Position numbers and translations under genes: made by a program | Part shown: positions 30,260 through 40,748 of the stretch, in pieces | Position numbering within the stretch: the stretch's first letter is position 1 | Layout: every line of letters begins with the position of its first letter | IMG/VR virus record: IMGVR_UViG_2576861453_000002 | Direction: 5' to 3' (one strand) | DNA: 64,000 nucleotides | Source: a virus | Lineage: Duplodnaviria; Caudoviricetes | The notes under the pieces: generated by a model | What the model was told of the DNA's origin: nothing | What the model saw: only the letters and a program-made list of their open reading frames with translations | Database searches by the model: none

Positions 30260-30964
30260 CTATTTGATTTTATTTGCTGCCGGGAAAGCGGAGGTATTAA
30301 GCGGACTTGTTGCGCCGAAACGCAGCTTGCAGGAGCCTAGCCGCTTGCCGCATTTGTCTTTGGTGCCGTCCGAGGTTGGCTGATCGAACTCATCCGCTAC
30401 CGGGCCGCCGGTATAGCCACAATCTGCTGACCGGTAAACCCATTGGCAAACATCTGCCAGAATCGTTCTGGCAGGCAATAACGCGCCATCTGTCTCGCAT
30501 GGCAAGCAAAGTGTATAAGTAACAAATTCCGCTTGTTGCGCGGTGCATTGTTCTATTTCATATCGGTTTACCGATTCCATTGTCGGATCTGCTTGCGGAT
30601 TGCCGTTATCGAAGTTCTCAGCGTCTAGATACTGCTCGTAAACTTCCCGCCGCGTCACTATCGCTCCGACTGCATCGTCGAAATCCTGATTGATGCCAGT
30701 AATCAGGCCGCTTATATTCGCCAGGGTCAAAGTTGGTCGGTTGCTGGTTCCCTTACCGTTAGCCTCAAACCCTGACGCCTCTACAGGATAAGGCTGATAA
30801 GTGTTCCCCTGCCACACCACCGATTGCCGCAACCCATTAAGGCCCGAATGAAACCTGTATAAGTCGCCGCCGATGTAACTTAAATCGACTTCATAAAGCA
30901 CCAGCAGCGCATCTTGCTCAATATTCTGAACATCGATACGCATCCCGGCTGGGATATCGCGCAT
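30260..30964 (-). CDS. L: Minor tail protein L
   Basis: WQGNTYQPYP, CQWVYRSADCGYTG, DKCGKRLGSCKLRF. Confidence 0.95.
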   Translation of the reverse strand: MRDIPAGMRIDVQNIEQDALLVLYEVDLSYIGGDLYRFHSGLNGLRQSVVWQGNTYQPYPVEASGFEANGKGTSNRPTLTLANISGLITGINQDFDDAVGAIVTRREVYEQYLDAENFDNGNPQADPTMESVNRYEIEQCTAQQAEFVTYTLCLPCETDGALLPARTILADVCQWVYRSADCGYTGGPVADEFDQPTSDGTKDKCGKRLGSCKLRFGATSPLNTSAFPAANKIK

Positions 30965-30985
30965 TGATTCCTCCGTACTGCATCA

Positions 30986-31315
30986 CTAGGCAACCACTTC
31001 CTGAAACGTGGCCGTGATAGTTTCCCAAAGCCCATTAACCTTGCGGCTCCATGTAGCGCACTTGAAAGTGCGAGGCGTCCACTTATCCTGCGCCTTCCAG
31101 GTGAACGCCTCTACACCTCCCCGCTCGGTGAGGAAATTTTCGATGTGATCGATGTAGTCAGCGTCACCCGTAAAGGTTAAGGAGTAAGAACGCAAGTCAC
31201 TGTTGATGCCGTTCTTCTGGCGCTGCTCGTAGCCGTCCCCATAGCTGACCACTCGCACTCTCGGTTCAACTGTAGAGGTGAAATCCTGGTCTGGAAGCCA
31301 CTGAAATTCATACAT
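30986..31315 (-). CDS. M: Minor tail protein M
   Basis: YGDGYEQR..GIN, GGVEAFTW, TATFQEVV. Confidence 0.93.
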   Translation of the reverse strand: MYEFQWLPDQDFTSTVEPRVRVVSYGDGYEQRQKNGINSDLRSYSLTFTGDADYIDHIENFLTERGGVEAFTWKAQDKWTPRTFKCATWSRKVNGLWETITATFQEVVA

Positions 31316-31367
31316 ATCTTAACCTTAAATTGGTATGCTATCTCAGCCCACAAAAGAGGATTCGTAA

Positions 31368-31577
31368 ATGCAACTCAAGTTATGGAAAGTGTCGCACCCG
31401 GTAAGAAATGAAAATTCTAATAGTCAAATAACTGTCGAATTAGTCATCTTATCCAAGGAGTCATTTGACTCAGTTTTCGATGGCGTTTTATAAATCAAGT
31501 TGCCTTATGACCAAACAATGTCACTTGAACAAATAGAATCCGCCGCAATAAAATTAGCCCTAGATGCACTGTCCTGA
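31368..31577 (+). pseudogene. Small moron with an in-frame stop
   Basis: GAGGA RBS; MQLKLW..DGVL*IKLPYD..ALDALS; TAA at 31491; hairpin after. Confidence 0.5.
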
Positions 31578-31602
31578 GCATTGGGCGCTATATGCGCCCG
31601 TC

Positions 31603-34600
31603 TTAGGCCCTCAATATTCCTCCATCACGCTGCTGATTTAGCAAGGCACTATTTATCCGACTATCTACCATTCTCTGAAGTGTCTTTAGAAGGTTGTCGT
31701 TGTTTTGCTGTTGTTGATCATTGGTGTTTCCACGCTGATCAACATTAAGTGTAATTGGTGCGTTAAGGGTCACCCCTGCACCGCCAACACCTTTAGCCCT
31801 CACGCCCAATGAACCATCAGAACTCCGTTTCAAGGGCAAAATAGCCTCCGGTCCTGCTTCACCCATCACTCCGCCGCCGTTCGCGAAGGCGAAGAACGTC
31901 GGCTTGCTAACCACCCTCCCGCTGTATGCGCTCAGGCTGGGAGAGTCGTAAACGCCGCCTTTGGCATTGAGGCTCAGATTGTTATAAGCACCAGTATTGA
32001 AACCAGTACTTGCTGAAGCGCTGCCGCCCGCAGCAGAGGACGCGGCACTACCTACCAAACCGAAGAGGCTTTGCAATGCCGATGACGAAGCCGAACGGAT
32101 GGCGATGCGCGCCATATCGTTAAGCACCGATGTGGCAAAGCTGCTAAAGCTCGCCTTACCCGTCGTCACGAACGAAACAAGACTATCTTCCATACTACTA
32201 AAGGCATTAGTAAAAGCGTCCTTAGTCTGCCCGGCGATATTCTTGGCAGAATCGATGTAATTCTGATATGCAGCGGTGGCCCCATTCGTCCAATCACCTT
32301 GTAGCGCATCCAATTGGGCATAGGAATCGCTTTGCTGTTTTAGACGTGCATCAAGCTGAGATTTGATATTTGCCGTTTCTTGCTTATAGGCATCAGATTC
32401 TAAGAGCGATTTAGGGGTAGCCTTGTCTAGTTGCTCTTGATAGCGCTGAAATTCTTTGTAAATACTGGCAGTGCTTTCGGTACGTTCAACCTCCTTATCA
32501 CCTTTGCCATATGCATTGAGCTGACGCTGATATTGCTCTCCAGCTCCGTTATAAGCTGAAGCCATGGACTCGTTAAGTTGAGCCGATCTCTCTTCCAGCT
32601 TCTGCAATGCTTCCCGCTGTTGTATTCGCTGGGCCAATGCCGCATTTTGCTCGTAGGCACCCCGCAAAGCGTCTTCATTTGCGAGTATGCTTTTCTGCTC
32701 TGCGGTTAATATTGACTTGCTTTTCAGATCGGCAATCTGCTGGTTGAATTTAACTAGCGCCTGCTCTGATGTAGAAAGCTTGTCTGTGGTAGCGAGTTGG
32801 GCCTCAAGCGTGGCGTGTTGCTCCTGCAACTGTAATAGCTCGCGAGTAGCAGCACTGTCAGTAACAGCTTTTTCCTTCGGGGTTTTGGGGTCCTTATATT
32901 TGTCACTGATTTGCTGGCGAATCTGATCAGCCGTTACACCATCAGGAAGAATTCCACCGTTCTGAAGGTTTTTCTCAAATGCATCCAGCTCCTTTTTGCG
33001 CTGCTGTGCCTTAGTCATGACGGTGTCATACGTCGAGTTTATGGCCTTCGTAGCTTGTATGGCCTGTTCCTCAAAGTATTGACGAGTTTGGTTTGTGGCC
33101 GCTTTGTTTAGATCACGCTGATTGTCAGCTAACGCACTCTGCAATTCACTTTGTGCGGCGGCAAGCTGTTCCTTGAATCGCGCCTTTGCATTTCCGACAC
33201 CAGCAGTTGCCATGCCTCCTTGTGACGTATCAATTGATTCTAATCCGCTTAAGCTAGCTTGTAGATTATTGACTTTCGCAGTTGCTTCTTTAACCCGATC
33301 TGCAGGTGTTTGAGTCCTGCCGATATCGAGCATTGCATCCCAGGCACCCTTAGCGGCATTTGCTACGGTGTCCCACGCCGACTCTAAGGCACCCAGATTT
33401 TGCTTCACCTCAGCAGCAGCTTTTTGCTGGGCGGAAGCATATGCGCTTACAGCCACCGCAGCGGCTTGTTGTGTATTTCCCTGACGTTCAAGCGCCGCTA
33501 TCTGCTCGTAAACAGAAGCGGTCAGGTAATGATATTGGTCGTTTAGGGTTTCTGAAGCGCGAACCGGATCTTGCTCCAACTTCTTAAAATCAGAGATAGT
33601 TTCATCAATGCTTTTACCTGTAGCGTCTTGCATCGCCACAGCCGCCTGCGCCACCATCTTGAGCTGATCGCCGCTAAAAGCACCGGTATTTAAAGCTGCA
33701 GTTAAAGCCTTTGCGGCATTAGCTGTAGTGCCGATATTTGAGCTGATCGATTTAGACATATCAGCGAGTTGGCTAGCAGAAATGCCGGCATAGTTACCAG
33801 TGGTGATGATCGCCTGATTGAAGGCGTCCATTTCACCTTGGCCTTTTTTATAGGCCAGCGCCAGCGCACCTGCTGTGACTGCAAGCGCCGTGATACCTAA
33901 CGTTAGGGGATTGATGAAACTTAACAGTGCCTTAGCTGCGTTGCCGACGCCACCAAATGAATCCTTGATTTGCCCACCCTGCTGTATAGCGACCAGCCAC
34001 ACGGGCATGCCAGAGGCTAAAGAGGTCACCACATCGGTGATTTGCATCGGAAGATAGCGCATTGCCTGAGCGTACTGTTTGGCGCTGAGGGTTGCAGCTT
34101 TGATCGTTCCGTTCTGCTGATTCAATTTCTGAATGTATGGCGCCACTTGGGCAGAAACACCTAGCTGTGCGGCTTTGTATTCCAGCAATTCGGCCGTGGT
34201 CATTCCCATGGTGTCGGATTGCTGTTTAAGGCTTGCGATAAATGATTCTTTTGCTGTTTGTGCCCGCTGATCCGCTGCGGCCGATTCCCTCGCTGCTTTC
34301 GCTGCGGCTTGGCCCTCAGCTGTTGAGGCAAGCGCCGCCTGCTCAAGTTGGGTGCGCATCTGTTCAATCTTAGCGGAATACTCAGCCAGATCTTCGCCGC
34401 CAAGCAGTCCAGAGGCGCCAAAGCCTTTAAGCTGCTTTTCCATCTCATCTAACCGACCATAGGCACCGACAACCGGATCGATTTTCCCCAAAAGTGACAC
34501 TAGAGCAGATTGTTGTTCTGCCAAGCTCGAATTAACGGCCTTGCCTGACTTGGCAGCGGCTATGGCGCTTCTATTCATTTCCTCAGTTTGACGCGTCCAT

Positions 34601-34782
34601 CCTGCCGCCGCAGTTGACGCGCGACGAGCGGCGCTATCAGTTTTGGCAAATTCACTGGCTAACGAGCTGGCAACGCCTTCCGCCTTTTCTCCTGCTCCCG
34701 TCAGCCTATCCAGTGAATCCGCCGCTTTAGCTACGCCATCTTGCTGAACCTTAATGATTAGGGCGGCTGTTTCTTGCGGCAT
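31603..34782 (-). CDS. Tape measure protein
   Basis: LPMQITDVVTSLASG..QQGGQIKDSFGG; C-terminal NAKGGVY..MGEAGPEAILPL. Confidence 0.95.
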   Translation of the reverse strand: MPQETAALIIKVQQDGVAKAADSLDRLTGAGEKAEGVASSLASEFAKTDSAARRASTAAAGWTRQTEEMNRSAIAAAKSGKAVNSSLAEQQSALVSLLGKIDPVVGAYGRLDEMEKQLKGFGASGLLGGEDLAEYSAKIEQMRTQLEQAALASTAEGQAAAKAARESAAADQRAQTAKESFIASLKQQSDTMGMTTAELLEYKAAQLGVSAQVAPYIQKLNQQNGTIKAATLSAKQYAQAMRYLPMQITDVVTSLASGMPVWLVAIQQGGQIKDSFGGVGNAAKALLSFINPLTLGITALAVTAGALALAYKKGQGEMDAFNQAIITTGNYAGISASQLADMSKSISSNIGTTANAAKALTAALNTGAFSGDQLKMVAQAAVAMQDATGKSIDETISDFKKLEQDPVRASETLNDQYHYLTASVYEQIAALERQGNTQQAAAVAVSAYASAQQKAAAEVKQNLGALESAWDTVANAAKGAWDAMLDIGRTQTPADRVKEATAKVNNLQASLSGLESIDTSQGGMATAGVGNAKARFKEQLAAAQSELQSALADNQRDLNKAATNQTRQYFEEQAIQATKAINSTYDTVMTKAQQRKKELDAFEKNLQNGGILPDGVTADQIRQQISDKYKDPKTPKEKAVTDSAATRELLQLQEQHATLEAQLATTDKLSTSEQALVKFNQQIADLKSKSILTAEQKSILANEDALRGAYEQNAALAQRIQQREALQKLEERSAQLNESMASAYNGAGEQYQRQLNAYGKGDKEVERTESTASIYKEFQRYQEQLDKATPKSLLESDAYKQETANIKSQLDARLKQQSDSYAQLDALQGDWTNGATAAYQNYIDSAKNIAGQTKDAFTNAFSSMEDSLVSFVTTGKASFSSFATSVLNDMARIAIRSASSSALQSLFGLVGSAASSAAGGSASASTGFNTGAYNNLSLNAKGGVYDSPSLSAYSGRVVSKPTFFAFANGGGVMGEAGPEAILPLKRSSDGSLGVRAKGVGGAGVTLNAPITLNVDQRGNTNDQQQQNNDNLLKTLQRMVDSRINSALLNQQRDGGILRA

Positions 34783-34855
34783 GTGGGGATCTCCAGACAA
34801 TAAAAAACCCCGCTTCAGCAGGGTTTTAATTAATTATGCTTTTTTAGAACGGGAT

Positions 34856-35224
34856 TTACTTGAGTAAGTTAGTAATGATGATCGTGGCTGCGGTTTTGAT
34901 CGAATCTACTGTTAATTCAATTCCCTTTGACTTAACAAGCGCTACTGTTTTGCTCCAAACATTATTCGACCTGATATTATCCAGAAAATCATGCCCCTCA
35001 AATGTTAACCCTGTCGTGTAATATGCAGAAGAAGCTAATGTTGAAACGTCAATAATTTCAAGCAATCCCGCCTGACCAAGTATCTTGATATGATAGTTAA
35101 CCAATTCGGATGATACTTCTGGAAAATCCTCGTCTGTAACCACTTCGCTTCTCTCTGAGAGATTTTCCGCTTTCAACATGATACTTCTGACCAGATCCCA
35201 GTCCCTTTTCATCGCATCACCCAT
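34856..35224 (-). CDS. DUF2513-like moron protein
   Basis: MKRDWDLVRSI, VNYHIKIL.QAGL, LTFEGHDFLDNIR...W. Confidence 0.85.
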   Translation of the reverse strand: MGDAMKRDWDLVRSIMLKAENLSERSEVVTDEDFPEVSSELVNYHIKILGQAGLLEIIDVSTLASSAYYTTGLTFEGHDFLDNIRSNNVWSKTVALVKSKGIELTVDSIKTAATIIITNLLK

Positions 35225-35266
35225 GAACTAAAATAATTACCATCATAATACTACCAAACGGCATGT

Positions 35267-35967
35267 TCAAAATAGCTTTGGTACGTCTTTCATGACCTCA
35301 TAGGCCATGTCCATGATGATCTCGACTTCGGCAGGGGTTGGACGGTTGCCGGTTAACTCCGTCCAGGCTTTTAGCTCCGAGTAAGTCAGCTCTCCGCCAG
35401 AGCCGCGCATAAGGTCAATGAACCATCCCCAAAGATATCCAGTACCTTCTGGCAGGTTTGGCGGATTGACCATGAGATCAGGCGTGATGCCAAGTTTCAT
35501 CGCTGCCTGATAATGCTCTCTTAGGCTCTTTCCATCCTTTTGCCTTTTGTCGAGCTTTCGCTGGAATTCTGTGTAACGGACGAGTCCAGCGGCTTTTTTT
35601 TAAAAAACTCTGCCCGGTTAGCAGCAAAGTTATTGATACGGTCTTTGAGATATGGTGATTCAGTAAGCAATAGCTTCAGGTTCTCGGGCGTCAACTCTTC
35701 TTCCAGGGACCAATCGATAATGAGTGCCTGGAACTGTTTAAACTCGTTCTCTTCATCAAACTCTTTCGTGAACGCCTTATCTTTAAGTTGCTGAGGAGTC
35801 AGATCGAATACTGCGCGGCTTGCTTCAGTTTTCGCGGCGCGGAACTCATCACTGTCTATGCCGCGAACAAGTAAATATTCTTGCGTTGGGGTACCATCAG
35901 GGAGGGTCAGGAAAAGTTTCTTGCCCTCATTTGCGGCACCGCGTGTAGCGAAATCACTTAGTTTCAT
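35267..35967 (-). CDS. Tail assembly chaperones G (35521..35967) and G-T via -1 frameshift
   Basis: Slippery A AAA AAG at 35599..35593; the -1 frame is open (KKAAGLVRY..QAAMKLG) into ORF 35267..35500. Confidence 0.85.
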
Positions 35968-36009
35968 TAATAACTCCATTGGGAAAACCCGGCTAACCGG
36001 GCATTAAGA

Positions 36010-36954
36010 TTAAGAGCCTTGACCGTCTGCGGTGCGGGTGATCTGAAGAAGAATGCCGGTTGCTTTGTCTTCATAAGCGGTGAAATCAAAAGTGAGTGCC
36101 TGAAAAGCGTCGGCCTCAGCCAATGCTTCTGAGGAAAACTTAATGCGGGGAAGCAGAAAGGTATACGCCCCACCCTGCCCGCTTAGCGTAAACTCAAGCG
36201 AGATATCGGAATGGTCGTAGAACATCTGCGACAAATCTTCGTTCTGATACAGAAAGGTAATCGACCCTGTAGTAGCGGCATTAGTTGAACCACTGGCCGC
36301 AACGCCGCGTTGCCCGTAAACGTGGGCCTGTGATATGCCATTATCGATGTTCAACGAAACAGACGTAACCGCATTAGATGCCACACCATTTACCTTAATG
36401 GCCGCCGTCAAGGTTGCATTTTCGCCCGTAGAGTCGAACGGATCATTATTCTCTGGCTCGGCATATGTAGCTCCCGAGATAGCGGAAGCCCCATAGAGCA
36501 CGGACGCGCCCATAATGCCGAAATCAGCAGTTACTATGGCATTAGGTGCCGCCGTTAGAGCAAATGTGTTAACCAGACATCCTGGGTAGCGGCGTAAAGT
36601 ATCGATGTCGGTTTGCTTTCGCTCAATCGTAAAAGATTTTTTGGTGGCGCCGATGACCAAAACATCATCGTTCCACGTGTTAAATAACAAGCTTTGCAAC
36701 AGATAGTCGAAATCACCATACGCGAATTCGGTATTAAGTGTTCCTGACGAACTTTCGGAGCCACGGGCGGAGAAGATCGCCTTTCGGTCGCTCCTGACCT
36801 GGTTGGAACTCAGTTCATCTCGGGTTAGTGTTAATTCGCCGGGCGTTTTGGGAATGCGGATAAAGGCTGGTGTTGCCGGCGTATCCCCTTCAATAGTTTC
36901 AGGCACCAGCCAGTAATCGACCTGTTTGGCTCCAGCAGCAGCTACCATAACCAT
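36010..36954 (-). CDS. Major tail tube protein
   Basis: Position between terminator and chaperones; SFTIERKQTD..GCLVNTF; ends TADGQGS. Confidence 0.88.
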   Translation of the reverse strand: MVMVAAAGAKQVDYWLVPETIEGDTPATPAFIRIPKTPGELTLTRDELSSNQVRSDRKAIFSARGSESSSGTLNTEFAYGDFDYLLQSLLFNTWNDDVLVIGATKKSFTIERKQTDIDTLRRYPGCLVNTFALTAAPNAIVTADFGIMGASVLYGASAISGATYAEPENNDPFDSTGENATLTAAIKVNGVASNAVTSVSLNIDNGISQAHVYGQRGVAASGSTNAATTGSITFLYQNEDLSQMFYDHSDISLEFTLSGQGGAYTFLLPRIKFSSEALAEADAFQALTFDFTAYEDKATGILLQITRTADGQGS

Positions 36955-36959
36955 AATTT

Positions 36960-37370
36960 TTAGCTCCGTAATTCGTATGATGACCAATAAAAAGTCAGAT
37001 GAGCGACCGCCCAGCCATCAACAGACTGCGGATCGGTGTATTCGCGGTTTTTGATGGTGACGCGAGTGTTGTTATAGGTGAGCACAGTCCCAATTTTAAA
37101 CTGTCCCCGTAAAGTGTCGAAAATAGCCAGCATGGCGCCGTTGACACCCGCGCGGACCTTGCAAACGACATCAATCTGAACAAAGCCGCTGATCGAATCC
37201 AGACCACCTTGTCCAAAGGTTGTTGCAGTGTCGCCGGCAGGTGAAAAATAGAATCGAAGATAATCGCCATCTGGCGGATCAAACGACTCAAGCGGCCACG
37301 CCACCGGTACCGACAATGCAGCGGCCGCCGCTACCATGCGCGAGCGCAAAGCGGAGGAAATATCCTTCAC
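36960..37370 (-). CDS. Tail terminator-like protein
   Basis: VAWP..FDPP..YLR..GFVQIDV; synteny. Confidence 0.75.
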   Translation of the reverse strand: MKDISSALRSRMVAAAAALSVPVAWPLESFDPPDGDYLRFYFSPAGDTATTFGQGGLDSISGFVQIDVVCKVRAGVNGAMLAIFDTLRGQFKIGTVLTYNNTRVTIKNREYTDPQSVDGWAVAHLTFYWSSYELRS

Positions 37371-37379
37371 GGGTTAGCC

Positions 37380-37829
37380 TCACTTAACGAGTATCATGGC
37401 CTTATTGAGGTTGGTGTTGATGCGGGACATGTTGCGGCGAACCATGCCAGCGGGCGCTTGAGTGGAATAGCCAGCTACTGTATGAGGCCCGTTTGCCGGA
37501 TTTCCATTTTTGTCCTTCCATTCGCCATACTCGGCAACTTGGGCATAAGGCAAGTTGTTGGTCATATAGACCGTGAAATTACGCCCCTGGGCAAGCACGA
37601 CGGTTGTCATTTTCTCTACCGTCTGAGCGCCGTCTTTGTCGTCTAATGCGAGTTGTCCGAATACAGGCGAATCAGCGGAAACCTGCCAGTTGGCCCGGAG
37701 TCTGCCCGTATCAACCGGAGTATCAAGGATAATGCCGCGAAATAACGCTATGGCAGCCTCTTTACCGACGTACTCAGAGCGCTTAATGGTTTCGCCGGAC
37801 CATTTACCAATCGATGCGGAGAATCCCAT
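37380..37829 (-). CDS. HK97 gp10-like tail completion protein
   Basis: TPVDTGRLRANW, NNLPYA..EYG, STQAPAGMVR. Confidence 0.85.
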   Translation of the reverse strand: MGFSASIGKWSGETIKRSEYVGKEAAIALFRGIILDTPVDTGRLRANWQVSADSPVFGQLALDDKDGAQTVEKMTTVVLAQGRNFTVYMTNNLPYAQVAEYGEWKDKNGNPANGPHTVAGYSTQAPAGMVRRNMSRINTNLNKAMILVK

Positions 37830-38185
37830 TAGCGCCTCACTTGCAGCTGATAGCAGACCGTCACGTCAGCCGGAGTTTTGTCGCTGATGTTGATGATCCG
37901 CCATTTAGTTGTCCCGTCTTGGAGAAAATCACCGATAAGCGGCGTTGTATCGGCAGAGATAGTAACTTTCTTGTCGCTGGCGAGGATGAATGTGCCGTCA
38001 ACCTCAACGCGGTTAAAGTCCTGCACTACGCCGATAACAGACAGCATTTGCGGCGGTTGAGTCACTGCATCACCGGTCACCGGGTCAATCACAGAAGTGC
38101 CGGCGCGTTCGATGTACATCGTTTTACCGTATTTCGTCAGTAACCGTGTTGCGGTAGCCTGCATGCGTGGATAAAAGGCCGCCAT
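37829..38185 (-). CDS. Head closure / head-tail joining protein
   Basis: FYPRMQATATRLLTKYG..DPVTG..YQLQVR; synteny. Confidence 0.75.
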   Translation of the reverse strand: MAAFYPRMQATATRLLTKYGKTMYIERAGTSVIDPVTGDAVTQPPQMLSVIGVVQDFNRVEVDGTFILASDKKVTISADTTPLIGDFLQDGTTKWRIINISDKTPADVTVCYQLQVRR

Positions 38186-38186
38186 A

Positions 38187-38669
38187 TCATCCCCTTATCA
38201 CATCAAAGTTAACGGAAGACCCGGTGCCGACAAGGCCGCGAAGCAGGCCAGAAAGCCACGCAAAGTAAGGAGCTGATGTGCTGCTACCCTCGGCATAGGA
38301 AACGCTGACAACGCCGGTAACGGCCTCCTGTACCACTTCGCCACCACCAGAATAAGAAGGTGTGAGGTCGATAGTTTGCGCTTCGACTGCTAAACGGCAT
38401 TGGGCCTGTATCAATTGGCGCGGGATGGTGGTCAAAGCAACACCGCCGGCATAGACCTTTGTGCGTGGCCACTGAAGCGGCTGATTAGCATTAAGGGGAA
38501 GCCCCCGCCACGCCATTCCCTCCAGATAATCCATGGCCTGCATAAGCAATTGCTCTTTTACTTCATCCGATGGTGGGATGCTGTAGCCCCTGGCTGCGGC
38601 GAACATGTCAAGGTCAGCAACGCTAGCGTAGCTATTGAAGTCGGGTGATGTCGGATCGGTGTTTATCAT
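38187..38669 (-). CDS. Head-tail connector (often annotated DnaT-like)
   Basis: NSYASV, QPLQWPR, IP..LIQAQCRLA. Confidence 0.8.
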   Translation of the reverse strand: MINTDPTSPDFNSYASVADLDMFAAARGYSIPPSDEVKEQLLMQAMDYLEGMAWRGLPLNANQPLQWPRTKVYAGGVALTTIPRQLIQAQCRLAVEAQTIDLTPSYSGGGEVVQEAVTGVVSVSYAEGSSTSAPYFAWLSGLLRGLVGTGSSVNFDVIRG

Positions 38670-38683
38670 AACGTCCTCGTCGT

Positions 38684-39274
38684 TCAGGCCAATCTCCAGG
38701 CTTTACGGCGCTCAAGCCTTGGCTGACCATCCGGGTGTTTTTCGACACTAACCACATCAGCATGGTCGACCAGTGAATAGCATGGGTAGATAACAGGCCC
38801 ATCCCATGCATCCCCTATTGCAAAGTCCGCCGCTTTTGTAGAGTTCCAGCGCGATAACACTCGGTTGATATGCTGTGGTGGTACGCTGTAACAGACACCG
38901 TGAATCAGCCGTGGCAGCGTGATGTAGTCAGCCCTTGCTTTGTCAGCGGCTATTAGCCGTTCCGCTATCTGTATCTGGTATTGTGGCGGCCGGCCGGTGC
39001 CGAGATAGAAAGAACACAAGTAGTCAGGGAAACGCGTCAACCATTCGTTCACAAGCGCCTTAAACCCAGCGACAGGAATCGCATCATCTTCACAGATAAC
39101 AACCCTGCATTCCTGCTCAGCAGCCCACTCAAGCGCACGGCGATGGTTTGCATTGGCGCCGTTGCTGCCCTCATCAATCACCAGATGAGCATTAAGTGAT
39201 GCCGCTAAATCGATAGCCATCGACCTGCGCATATGATGGCCGACCACGGCAAACTTTATTTGTGGGCAAACCAT
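38684..39274 (-). CDS. Glycosyltransferase-like protein (GT-A, GT25-like)
   Basis: NHRRAL..VVICEDDA..HGVCY..D..SLVDH. Confidence 0.7.
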   Translation of the reverse strand: MVCPQIKFAVVGHHMRRSMAIDLAASLNAHLVIDEGSNGANANHRRALEWAAEQECRVVICEDDAIPVAGFKALVNEWLTRFPDYLCSFYLGTGRPPQYQIQIAERLIAADKARADYITLPRLIHGVCYSVPPQHINRVLSRWNSTKAADFAIGDAWDGPVIYPCYSLVDHADVVSVEKHPDGQPRLERRKAWRLA

Positions 39275-40707
39275 GCGAACTCCTTCCCTATGCCGTTCGT
39301 TCGGAAAACGGTATGCACCTGGGGTCCAGTGACAACGCGGTCACCGAATGTTTTCGCCACGATGCCAAACGCCAACATATCGCCGATTGCCCCATCGGGC
39401 TGTTCCGTCTTCCAGAAACGCATGCTCTCGATGCGGTAATACAGACGGACGATGCAATGCGCGAACGCCATAACGTCATCGCGTGTTCCGCCGAGTAAAC
39501 CGGCATTGAGCATGGTCTCGTTACGGTGTTGTTCGATGAACTGCTGATAAATCCGTTCTGGATGTTTCTCACGCGCCCACGCATCAGCGTGGGTTTTCGG
39601 CTCGGAGCCTACATAGATTTTACCCGGCTCCATGTCCTGCCACGGCTCGCAGAGCATCTCAACGTCTGTCCCGTCCGTGCACCAAACTAAACGGTATTCA
39701 GGATGCTCGCGTAGGTATTGATAGATATGCAGCCATCGCCGGAAATAGACGTTCATATCGACCGCCGGAACGCGAACCAGAGACGCGCCAACTGGCGCCT
39801 TCTCCAGCTCATCCACAAGCACTAGGGCATCAGCACCTTTCATCGACGCTGACCATTTCGCCAGCAAAGACGCATCCGGCTTAATCTTCACATTGCGCTG
39901 TGGGTCTGGCTGGCTTGTCAGCAATGTTGTGATTACTGCATTACGCTGACGCCTGTACTCTGCATAACCTGCATACCCTTTATCGCGCCGCTCATTGTGT
40001 ATCGTGACGTTGCGCTTTACCTGTTGTTCCCTGTCCGGGCGCGGCACTGAACGTTCTACGGCCTCATGCTCATCCAGCGAATGAATAAGTTTTCCCGATC
40101 CCGCTACATCAGCAAATGCCCAGCTTGTTAGCCCTGCATTGTGGATACGTAATGCCAGGTCGCTGTGCTCGTACATGCCTCGCCCATATATTGGGTCAAA
40201 GCCGCCGAGCTTCTCGATAACCGAGCGGTGATAATAGAGCATTACGCCGCGTTGCCCGGTGTAAGCGACGTGTTTATCATCCCTGTAAAGCACTGCGATA
40301 TCCTTTAATTTTCGCGGCCCAGCTAAATCCAGAAACTGATAAGCAAGATGTGGCTCGGGGGATTCAATGTAAGGCAGGTGCCAGTTATCAGCGATAGGCC
40401 AGGCGTCATCGTCCCACAGGAATATATGCTCACAGCCTGCCCCCATAAGCGCTTCAAGGCTTGCGTTTTTGGAAGCCACAATGCCTAGAGATATCTCATT
40501 GCGTATAAGCTTTATACCTTCAGGAGCTTCGGCTTGAGGGTTTGAGCCGTCATCCATGACGACCATCATGGCACCTAAAGGGAAATGCTTTTGATGCTGC
40601 TCAATTGCTCGCTTGAGAACATCAGGTCTATTGTGCGTGGTTATAGCAATACCGATACTTGCGCTGTTATGTGGGGAATACAAAACCCCGTCAATCATAA
40701 CCTTCAT
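39256..40707 (-). CDS. Two-domain glycosyltransferase (GT2 plus a second GT-A-like domain)
   Basis: ITTHNRP, VMDDGS, WDDDAWP, LGGFD..EHSDL; second domain has WCTDGTDV and LNAGLLGG. Confidence 0.88.
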   Translation of the reverse strand: MKVMIDGVLYSPHNSASIGIAITTHNRPDVLKRAIEQHQKHFPLGAMMVVMDDGSNPQAEAPEGIKLIRNEISLGIVASKNASLEALMGAGCEHIFLWDDDAWPIADNWHLPYIESPEPHLAYQFLDLAGPRKLKDIAVLYRDDKHVAYTGQRGVMLYYHRSVIEKLGGFDPIYGRGMYEHSDLALRIHNAGLTSWAFADVAGSGKLIHSLDEHEAVERSVPRPDREQQVKRNVTIHNERRDKGYAGYAEYRRQRNAVITTLLTSQPDPQRNVKIKPDASLLAKWSASMKGADALVLVDELEKAPVGASLVRVPAVDMNVYFRRWLHIYQYLREHPEYRLVWCTDGTDVEMLCEPWQDMEPGKIYVGSEPKTHADAWAREKHPERIYQQFIEQHRNETMLNAGLLGGTRDDVMAFAHCIVRLYYRIESMRFWKTEQPDGAIGDMLAFGIVAKTFGDRVVTGPQVHTVFRTNGIGKEFAWFAHK

Positions 40708-40721
40708 GCTTCCCTCTCATG

Positions 40722-40743
40722 AAAAAAGGGGCCGAAGCCCCTT
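40722..40743 (-). terminator. Intrinsic terminator after the capsid gene
   Basis: AAGGGGC-TTCG-GCCCCTTTTTT. Confidence 0.85.
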
Positions 40744-40748
40744 GATAG

